From: an uncultured Bacteroides sp.
GTDB lineage: Bacteria; Bacteroidota; Bacteroidia; Bacteroidales; Bacteroidaceae
Assembly (NCBI GenBank): GCA_964651035.1
Contig: CAZYVE010000001.1
Span: 24,059 to 88,058 of the forward strand
Reading direction: 5' to 3'
Length of the DNA: 64,000 nt
Shown here: positions 57,476 to 64,000 of the stretch, in pieces
Numbering within the stretch: the first letter of the stretch is position 1
How the letters are laid out: every line of letters starts with the position of its first letter
The notes under the pieces: model-generated
What the model was told of the DNA's origin: nothing
The model's input: only the letters and a program-made list of their open reading frames with translations
Databases searched by the model: none
Made by a program: the position numbers and the translations under genes

Positions 57476-59023
57476 ATGAATCTGACAAGCTTTCTGAACA
57501 AGGTATATTTTGCCCCTCGTTTGAAAGAAATCGGACTATACGCCACACGTGCAGGAGAGCTACAGCAACGTGTGCTTCAACGCCTTTTGAGAAAGGCGTC
57601 GGACACGGAGTGGGGTAAAAAACACGACTTCCGCTCCATACACGGATATACCGACTTCGGTTCGCGCCTTCCCATACAGACTTATGAAGATGTGAAACCA
57701 TACGTGGCTCGCATGCGCCGGGGTGAGCAGAACCTGCTGTGGCCATCGGAAATATGCTGGTATGCAAAATCTTCAGGCACCACGAACGACAAGAGCAAAT
57801 ACATACCCGTCAGCCGTGAATCGCTGCACGATACCCATTACCGTGGAGGAGCAGATGCTGTGGCCATCTATCTCGGACAGAATCCGGACAGCCGCTTCTT
57901 TTCCGGCAAGGGACTTATACTGGGTGGCAGCCATGCCCCTGACCTTAACTGCGGCCGCAGTCTGGTAGGCGACCTGTCGGCCATACTGATAGAAAACATT
58001 TCGCCGCTGGTAAACCTCATCCGCGTACCCGACAGGCAGACAGCCCTGATGAGCGACTTTGGCCAAAAAATAGAGGCAATAGCACGCAGCACGGTGGGCA
58101 CTGATGTTACAAACCTCTCCGGAGTGCCGTCGTGGATGCTGGTACTTATAAGACGCATACTTGAGAAGACCGGACGTGACACGCTGGAGGAAGTATGGCC
58201 CAACCTGGAAGTATTCTTTCACGGCGGAGTATCGTTCACTCCTTACCGCGAGCAGTACAGGCAACTGATACACAGTAGCAAGATGCACTATATAGAGACA
58301 TACAACGCTTCTGAAGGATATTTCGGGACACAGTGCGACCCCTCGGACCCGTCCCTGCTGCTGATGATAGATTACGGGGTGTTCTACGAGTTTATACCTC
58401 TGGAAGACGTGGATAAGGACGACAAGCGTGCCTGCTGCCTGGAAGACGTGGAACCGGGCAAAAACTATGCCATGCTGATATCCACTTCCGCAGGCCTGTG
58501 GCGGTATATGATAGGCGATACGGTGCGTTTCACATCCCTCAATCCTTACAAATTTGTCATAACAGGGCGTACCAAGCACTTCATCAATGCTTTTGGCGAA
58601 GAACTCATCGTGGACAATGCCGAGAAAGGGTTGGCACGTGCCTGCAAGGAAACCGGAGCGCAAGTGCTCGAATACTCGGCGGCACCAGTCTTTATGGATG
58701 AGAAGGCCAGATGCCGGCACCAGTGGCTCATAGAATTTGCACGAATGCCCGACGACCTGAGGCGTTTCGCACGCATACTTGATGAGACATTGAAAGAAAT
58801 TAATTCTGACTATGAGGCCAAACGTCAGAACAACATCGCCCTACAGCCTCCCGAAGTGATTGTAGCCCGGCAAGGGTTATTCCACGATTGGCTGGCAAGC
58901 AAGGGCAAGCTGGGAGGCCAGCATAAGATACCGCGACTGGGCAATACACGTGAGCATATCGAAGAAATGCTTGCTATGAACGGAGCGGATACCGTGTCGC
59001 ATGGAAACGGCACACCCCGTTAA
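57476..59023 (+). CDS. GH3 (Gretchen-Hagen-3, acyl-acid amido synthetase-like) family protein
   Basis: 515 aa from MNLTSFLNK. SSGTTNDKSKYIP (adenylation P-loop-like), YNASEGYFG, YMIGDTV and FINAFGEE match the bacterial GH3 auxin-responsive promoter family. Confidence 0.82.
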   Translation: MNLTSFLNKVYFAPRLKEIGLYATRAGELQQRVLQRLLRKASDTEWGKKHDFRSIHGYTDFGSRLPIQTYEDVKPYVARMRRGEQNLLWPSEICWYAKSSGTTNDKSKYIPVSRESLHDTHYRGGADAVAIYLGQNPDSRFFSGKGLILGGSHAPDLNCGRSLVGDLSAILIENISPLVNLIRVPDRQTALMSDFGQKIEAIARSTVGTDVTNLSGVPSWMLVLIRRILEKTGRDTLEEVWPNLEVFFHGGVSFTPYREQYRQLIHSSKMHYIETYNASEGYFGTQCDPSDPSLLLMIDYGVFYEFIPLEDVDKDDKRACCLEDVEPGKNYAMLISTSAGLWRYMIGDTVRFTSLNPYKFVITGRTKHFINAFGEELIVDNAEKGLARACKETGAQVLEYSAAPVFMDEKARCRHQWLIEFARMPDDLRRFARILDETLKEINSDYEAKRQNNIALQPPEVIVARQGLFHDWLASKGKLGGQHKIPRLGNTREHIEEMLAMNGADTVSHGNGTPR

Positions 59024-59091
59024 GCCTCCGATATGAAGCAAGGGCGCCCTATGCCGACCGTTGCAATATGCCTGTCGCCCTATAAAAAGCC

Positions 59092-59124
59092 AAAAGGGAT
59101 GCTGCATCACGCGGCACCCCTTTT
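59092..59124. terminator. bidirectional terminator between the GH3 gene and the anti-sigma gene
   Basis: AAAAGGG (59092-98) pairs with CCCTTTT (59118-24) around an imperfect GC-rich inner stem. The A-run and T-run flanks suit both directions. Confidence 0.5.
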
Positions 59125-59274
59125 ATTGTCATTCTTTTGAAATTAGTATCGAAACTTCCCAGCCTCGGTTACCGTTTTATAAAGCACACTAACTATAAAA
59201 ATTTAAAGCAAATGAAAATGTTATTTTATAACAAGCAAACAAGCATGTGTATATTCCATCTTTTGTCTTTACCA

Positions 59275-59775
59275 TCACTGCTGTTGCGGCAATGGCTCGT
59301 TTAGTTTTTTGACCTGCTGCAGGCTGTCCGGCAATTGCTGTTCGTCAACAGTTGCCGTGCTTTCTCCTCCCGATTGCGCCACAGACGGAGCGGTAATCTG
59401 ATTCCCTATCGTGTCGCATGCAGTTATCTCCTGCACGTCGGACAAGAACGAATGCTGCACTACACCTCCCGTGATTACAGCTATCGCCACTACGGCTGCA
59501 GCCTTGAGCAATGGGAAGAGACGTGATATCAGCGTTACCCGGCGAGCCTTTACCGAAGGAGCATTTTTGATTCTTGCCAGCAAACGTTCGTCGAAATCGC
59601 TGCCCAAATGTTCTTCGAGAACCACCTTACGGTAAGCGAACAAATCCTTGTAGCGTTCCCAGCATTGAGGAACATCCTGTCCGTTGAAGAAGGCATACAG
59701 ACGTTCTTCTTCCTCCACGGAAGTTTCGCACAGCCAGTAACGCTGCAACAGTTGTTCTATCTCCTTATAATCCAT
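59275..59775 (-). CDS. putative anti-sigma factor (single-pass membrane protein)
   Basis: 166 aa, overlapping the sigma-factor gene by 11 nt. Cytoplasmic N-terminus, then TM LFPLLKAAAVVAIAVITGGVV. The role is inferred from position only. Confidence 0.55.
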   Translation of the reverse strand: MDYKEIEQLLQRYWLCETSVEEEERLYAFFNGQDVPQCWERYKDLFAYRKVVLEEHLGSDFDERLLARIKNAPSVKARRVTLISRLFPLLKAAAVVAIAVITGGVVQHSFLSDVQEITACDTIGNQITAPSVAQSGGESTATVDEQQLPDSLQQVKKLNEPLPQQQ

Positions 59776-60277
59776 AACTGTCTATCTCTATGAATTGCTG
59801 TCTTACTTTCTGCCTTGCCCTGAACAGTGTCACCTTGACTTGCTCCTCGCTTATATCCATCACTTGGGCTATCTGTCTGTAACCCATGCCTTCCATGTCG
59901 CGTAGTTGCATTACTGTACGCTGTTTCTCAGGCAGGCTGTTTATGATCCTATGTATTATGGCAATCCGTTCTTTTATCTCCAGATTATCATAAGGTCCAT
60001 AGTAATCTGCTTTTTGTTCCTCAATCTCAGGTGTCAGCTGCAATGCTTGCGCATCCTTGCGTTCACTGCGGTCTATAGCAAGGTTACGTGCTACAGTAAG
60101 GCAATACGCCTCTATCGACGAAAGCTCTTTCCATTCCTCACGTTTGCTCCACACCCGCATGAGTGTTTCTTGCACAACATCTTCAGCTTCCATTTCGTTA
60201 AACGTTATCCGCAAGGCCAGCCTGTATAGCTTGTCTTTCAATGGGAGTATGTCATTGCAGAAGCTGATGTCTTGCAT
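59765..60277 (-). CDS. RNA polymerase ECF-type sigma-70 factor
   Basis: 170 aa. Region 2 AEDVVQETLMRVW, region 4 LPEKQRTVMQLRDMEGMGYRQIAQVMDISEEQVKVTLFRARQKV. Confidence 0.9.
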   Translation of the reverse strand: MQDISFCNDILPLKDKLYRLALRITFNEMEAEDVVQETLMRVWSKREEWKELSSIEAYCLTVARNLAIDRSERKDAQALQLTPEIEEQKADYYGPYDNLEIKERIAIIHRIINSLPEKQRTVMQLRDMEGMGYRQIAQVMDISEEQVKVTLFRARQKVRQQFIEIDSYGL

Positions 60278-60337
60278 TTCTATAAATAAAGACGGTTTGT
60301 ATAGTGGAAAGTTACAGTAGTGCGGTGCTTATTTTTG

Positions 60338-61117
60338 TTAAAGTCCTGTTTCTATGATTTTCGTGCCGTATTTCCCATATATGTCCGTAGAAGTTGTTAT
60401 TACAACTTTGTGCACACCGGCTTTTATGGCGGCAAAAGCATTTTCCAGTTTTGGTATCATGCCGCCCTTCACTGTGCCGTCGGCCACATACCGGCCAAAG
60501 CCTTCCAAGGTTATGTATGGTATCACGCTATCATTATCGTTTTCATCGCGTAACACGCCTTTCTTCTCGAAGCAATACACCAGTGTCGTATCGAAATATT
60601 TTGCGAGAGCCTTTGCTGTTTCGCAGGCTATGGTATCGGCATTGGTATTGAGCAGATGCCCCTGTCCGTCGTGTGTCAGCGGCGCCATTACAGGCACAAT
60701 GCTGCATTGTATTATGCCGGTCAACCGTATAGCGTCTACCACTTTCACGTCGCCGACAAATCCATAGTCTACATCTTTCACCGGGCGTTTGTCAGAAAGG
60801 ATTACATTCATGTCTGCACCGGTAAGACCTAAAGCGTTGACCCCACGTGATTGCAGTCCGGCCACAATGTTCTTGTTCACCAGACCTCCATACACCATTG
60901 TCACAACCTTCAGCGTTTCCATATCCGTCACGCGACGTCCGTCCACCATGCGGCTTTCTATTCCCAAGCGTCCTGCCAATGCCGTTGCCGAGCGTCCTCC
61001 GCCGTGCACTAATATTTTATGGCCTGCAATAGCAGCAAAATCATCGAGCAATTTGCAGAGAGTCGCTTCCTCCTCCACAATTTTGCCGCCTACCTTTATT
61101 ATTGTCAGTTTCTCCAT
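60338..61117 (-). CDS. argB: acetylglutamate kinase
   Basis: 259 aa. IIKVGGKI, LVHGGG and NTNADT motifs. Confidence 0.9.
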   Translation of the reverse strand: MEKLTIIKVGGKIVEEEATLCKLLDDFAAIAGHKILVHGGGRSATALAGRLGIESRMVDGRRVTDMETLKVVTMVYGGLVNKNIVAGLQSRGVNALGLTGADMNVILSDKRPVKDVDYGFVGDVKVVDAIRLTGIIQCSIVPVMAPLTHDGQGHLLNTNADTIACETAKALAKYFDTTLVYCFEKKGVLRDENDNDSVIPYITLEGFGRYVADGTVKGGMIPKLENAFAAIKAGVHKVVITTSTDIYGKYGTKIIETGL

Positions 61118-61135
61118 GAATCCAAGATGTTTTTC

Positions 61136-63028
61136 CTATTCCAAATAAGTATATCCGTAGAGTCCCGAACGGTAATTTGACAAGAACTCTTTGCCCTCGT
61201 CCAACGAAATGCGTCCTTCTTTGACAGACTGGCTGACCCATGTTTCGAGTGTGCGTACCAGTTTCTTCGCGCTATATTGTGCATAATCCAACACCTCTGC
61301 TACGGTTTCCCCGTCTATTACCTGGTCTATGTTATAACCCTTTTCGTTGACAGACACGTGTACGGCATTTGTATCTCCGAAGAGGTTGTGCAAGTCTCCC
61401 AATATCTCTTGATATGCGCCGGCAAGGAATACAGCCACATAATACGGTTCTTTGGATTTGAGTGCATGTACAGGCAAATAGTGCGATACATTTTTCGTGG
61501 TGACGAAGTTTACTATCTTGCCGTCAGAATCGCAGGTAATGTCTTGCAGCGTTGCCGAGCGGTCGGGCTTTTCGTCAAGGCGTTGTATGGGCATGATAGG
61601 GAATATCTGGTCTATAGCCCACAAATCAGGCAGCGACTGAAACAGGGAGAAATTACAGAAATATTTGTCTGCCAACAGTTTGGGAAGTCCGCGCAGTTCG
61701 TCCGGCACATGTTTGAGTCCTCCGGCTATCTGGTTCACCTCGCGCATTATGCTCCAATACAGGCGTTCAATCTTGGCACGTGTCTGTAAGTCGACTATAC
61801 CGTGACTGAACAAGTCAAGAGCTTCCTCCCGTATCTGTTGTGCGTCATGCCATGCTTCAAGCATGCGGTTTTGGTTCAGCTTGTCCCAAATGTCGTACAG
61901 TTCGCGCAGCAGTTCATGGTCGCCGGGCGTCACTTCGTCTTCATCGTCCCATTCCGGCAGGGTTGTTGTTTCCAGCACTTCGAATATCAGAACCGAGTGG
62001 TGTGCAGTAAGCGCCCGTCCGCTTTCGGTTATGATATTGGGATGCGGAATCCCGTTCTTGTCGCTGGCATCTACAAGTGTTGATATAGAGTCGTTGACAT
62101 ACTCTTGTATGGAATAGTTTACACTGCCCTCGCTGTTGCTGGAGCGTGTACCGTCGTAGTCAACACCCAGTCCCCCGCCTATATCCACAAACTCCACGGC
62201 ATATCCCATACGGTGCAGCTGCACATAGAATTGCGATGCTTCGCGCAGAGCTGTCTTTATCCGCCTTATCTTGGTAATTTGGCTTCCTATGTGAAAATGT
62301 ATCAGCTTCAGGCAGTCTTTCATGTTCTTTTCTTCAAGGAAGTCGAGGGCTTCGAGCAGTTCGCTTGAACTCAGCCCGAATTTGCTTGCGTCTCCGCCTG
62401 AATCTTCCCATTTGCCGCTGCCGGACGATGCCAGTTTGATGCGTATGCCAATGTTGGGCCGCACGTTCAGCTGGCGTGCCATCCGGGCTATGAGGCGCAG
62501 CTCATTTAATTTCTCCACCACGAGGAAGATGCGTTTCCCCATCTTCTGAGCCAGCAGTGCCAGCTCTATGTAGCTTTCGTCCTTGTAGCCGTTGCATACA
62601 ATGATTGAATCGGAGTCCATGTTGATGGCAATCACCGCATGCAGTTCAGGCTTGGAACCGGCCTCCAGTCCGAGGTTGAACTTCTTGCCGTGGCTTATTA
62701 TCTCCTCCACCACAGGCCTCATCTGGTTCACCTTTATAGGATAAACCATAAAGTTCTCGCCTTTGTACCCATATTCTTCCGATGCCTGTTTGAAGCAGCA
62801 GGATATTTTTTCAATGCGATTGTCGAGAATGTCGGGGAAGCGCACCAGCATCGGGGTTGTGACGTCGCGCAGTTGCAGCTCGTCAACCAGTTCTTTCAGG
62901 TCTACAGACACGCCGTTCTTGCGAGGTGTTACCACCACATTGCCTTTGTCGTTGATACTAAAGTAGGAGGTGCCCCAGCCGGTGATGTTATACATCTCTT
63001 CTGAGTCTTCAATACGCCATTTTCTCAT
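61136..63028 (-). CDS. speA: biosynthetic arginine decarboxylase
   Basis: 630 aa. MVYPIKVNQ (PLP Lys) and DIGGGLGVDYDG. Confidence 0.95.
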   Translation of the reverse strand: MRKWRIEDSEEMYNITGWGTSYFSINDKGNVVVTPRKNGVSVDLKELVDELQLRDVTTPMLVRFPDILDNRIEKISCCFKQASEEYGYKGENFMVYPIKVNQMRPVVEEIISHGKKFNLGLEAGSKPELHAVIAINMDSDSIIVCNGYKDESYIELALLAQKMGKRIFLVVEKLNELRLIARMARQLNVRPNIGIRIKLASSGSGKWEDSGGDASKFGLSSSELLEALDFLEEKNMKDCLKLIHFHIGSQITKIRRIKTALREASQFYVQLHRMGYAVEFVDIGGGLGVDYDGTRSSNSEGSVNYSIQEYVNDSISTLVDASDKNGIPHPNIITESGRALTAHHSVLIFEVLETTTLPEWDDEDEVTPGDHELLRELYDIWDKLNQNRMLEAWHDAQQIREEALDLFSHGIVDLQTRAKIERLYWSIMREVNQIAGGLKHVPDELRGLPKLLADKYFCNFSLFQSLPDLWAIDQIFPIMPIQRLDEKPDRSATLQDITCDSDGKIVNFVTTKNVSHYLPVHALKSKEPYYVAVFLAGAYQEILGDLHNLFGDTNAVHVSVNEKGYNIDQVIDGETVAEVLDYAQYSAKKLVRTLETWVSQSVKEGRISLDEGKEFLSNYRSGLYGYTYLE

Positions 63029-63105
63029 TAATCTACGGTATTTGGGTTGTTAAGTAATATAATTATCCTCACACCTTTGGCCCTGCTGCGGATACCAAGG
63101 GCGGG

Positions 63106-63113
63106 CAAAAGTA
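63106..63113 (-). promoter_or_regulatory. -7 promoter box TACTTTTG for speA-argB
   Basis: Plus strand reads CAAAAGTA, 78 nt upstream of the ATG at 63028. Confidence 0.4.
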
Positions 63114-63171
63114 CACATAAAATCTGATATGCCTCTTCATTGAGTGTTGAAAAAAGCACAGTCACAGTGAA

Positions 63172-63699
63172 TTAAACCTGCAATAAAGAACGCAGGAGCT
63201 GCACCGAGTCGGCTATCTGCCCGCGGTTTTCCAGATAGCTGCCGTCGAAGCTATACCTTGCCTTGCGGTAGAATGGCTCCCGTTCTGCCACAGTCATGGC
63301 TATGAAGTCACGCAGCTCATCGTCAGTCCTGCCTCCCAGTACCGGCCTCTGTTGCGCGGCGGTTTTCAGCCTCCGGAACAATATGTCTATGGGCACGTCG
63401 ATATATACAGTCTCCCCGCAGGAATTCATGTAATCCATATTGTCGAAAAAACATGGTGTCCCCCCGCCGGTGGCCACCAGTACATCCTCAAACTCGGCCA
63501 CCTCGTGCAGCATGGCACGTTCCGTCTCCCGGAAACCGGCCTCGCCACGCTCGGAAAACAAGGTGGATATGGAACGGTGGAAGCGCGCCTCTATATACCA
63601 GTCGAGGTCGATGAAAGACAAGCCGGTCTCACGGGTGAAGGCCCTCCCCAGAGTCGTTTTTCCGGCCCCCATGAAGCCGGTCAGGAAGATGCGTGTCAT
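63172..63699 (-). CDS. aroK: shikimate kinase
   Basis: Starts MTRIFLTGFMGAGKTTLG (ATG 63699). The ORF-track start at 63723 lies inside the -7 box. Confidence 0.92.
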   Translation of the reverse strand: MTRIFLTGFMGAGKTTLGRAFTRETGLSFIDLDWYIEARFHRSISTLFSERGEAGFRETERAMLHEVAEFEDVLVATGGGTPCFFDNMDYMNSCGETVYIDVPIDILFRRLKTAAQQRPVLGGRTDDELRDFIAMTVAEREPFYRKARYSFDGSYLENRGQIADSVQLLRSLLQV

Positions 63700-63720
63700 A
63701 TAAAGCCATACGTTTTGGGG

Positions 63721-63728
63721 CAAAGGTA
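63721..63728 (-). promoter_or_regulatory. -7 promoter box TACCTTTG for aroK
   Basis: Plus strand reads CAAAGGTA, 22 nt upstream of the ATG at 63699. Confidence 0.45.
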
Positions 63729-63884
63729 AGCATTTTTAGATGAAGTATGAACGATGGGGAATGCCGAATTTTACAATCAGGCCATGCCGGCGCACCGGAT
63801 GGCTTTGTTTCCATATCAATTCTCCGGCTGTGGATGCGACGGGTTGCCGCCTTCTCCGGAATGCGTTGCAGCAATGTCTTCTAT

Positions 63885-63908
63885 ATGTCGCCGGCATGCC
63901 GGCGACAT
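63885..63908. repeat. perfect 24-bp palindrome ATGTCGCCGGCATGCCGGCGACAT
   Basis: The reverse complement is identical, checked by hand. It is followed on the plus strand by GTTGCATTTTCC. Confidence 0.9.
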
Positions 63909-64000
63909 GTTGCATTTTCCACGGCAATATGACAAAGCCAGGGCAAACCGGGCTGAACCTGCCGTTCTCATGCTTATAAACTTAACCAATCCTAATTCTA

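Noticed and set aside
57773-58720. 315-aa ORF antisense to the GH3-family gene; similar ORFs lie at 18589-19290, 6721-7407, 45874-46548, 55377-55961 and 56223-56915
   Set aside because: Those whose frames I checked (57773-58720, 18589-19290, 6721-7407) are codon-aligned shadows of well-supported genes; the rest look the same by position. None has its own promoter box or recognisable domains.
63029-63105. Hairpin CCTTTGG..CCAAGGG in the putative speA 5' leader, considered as a polyamine-responsive element
   Set aside because: On the transcribed (minus) strand the stem contains a C:A mismatch, leaving only 2+4 bp. It also overlaps the predicted TSS.
1-64000. Scan for CRISPR arrays, transposases or integrases, phage genes, toxin-antitoxin pairs, defence systems, rRNA, tmRNA, RNase P and SRP RNA
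   Set aside because: There are no spaced direct-repeat arrays, no recombinase, transposase or reverse-transcriptase-like ORFs, and no conserved RNA signature strings such as the RNase P GGAAAGTCCGGGC core. The only T-loop match is the tRNA-Arg at 21525-21596. Every large ORF has a housekeeping or glycan-metabolism assignment.

Overview
This is a Bacteroidales-type chromosomal segment of roughly 50% GC. Supporting signs are TAnnTTTG -7 promoter boxes in front of most operons, a hybrid two-component system, GH2/GH97/GH125 enzymes and a DUF6377-like membrane regulator. I support about 55 protein genes and one tRNA-Arg(CCT). One CDS is partial and missing from the ORF track because it runs off the left edge.

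Most content is housekeeping: folK, queA, truB, uppP, ftsX, leuS, rdgB, korAB, mnmG, apt, uvrC, dtd, deoC, polA, ychF, panE, lgt, purN, acpP-fabF-rnc, pfkA, speA-argB and aroK.

Accessory modules:
- an SDR-AKR-DMT operon followed by an AraC regulator
- a Bacteroides-type sialic-acid catabolic operon (yhcH-MFS-lyase-AGE epimerase)
- a GH2 + HTCS + Gfo/Idh/MocA unit with no SusC/D
- a GH125 + SGNH + GH97 group
- a bacterial GH3 (auxin-amido-synthetase-like) gene
- an ECF sigma/anti-sigma pair

I see no CRISPR array, transposase, integrase, phage gene or recognisable defence gene, and no convincing novel multi-gene system.

The best leads are modest:
- four unusually long, hairpin- or repeat-rich non-coding spacers (33.2-33.8 kb, 19.4-19.9 kb, 14.56-14.89 kb, 38.1-38.4 kb) that the flanking promoters do not explain
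- an orphan transmembrane one-component regulator placed directly behind a tRNA
- a 42-bp convergent coding overlap between rnc (RNase III) and pfkA

All family calls come from motif recognition by eye. No database search was run.
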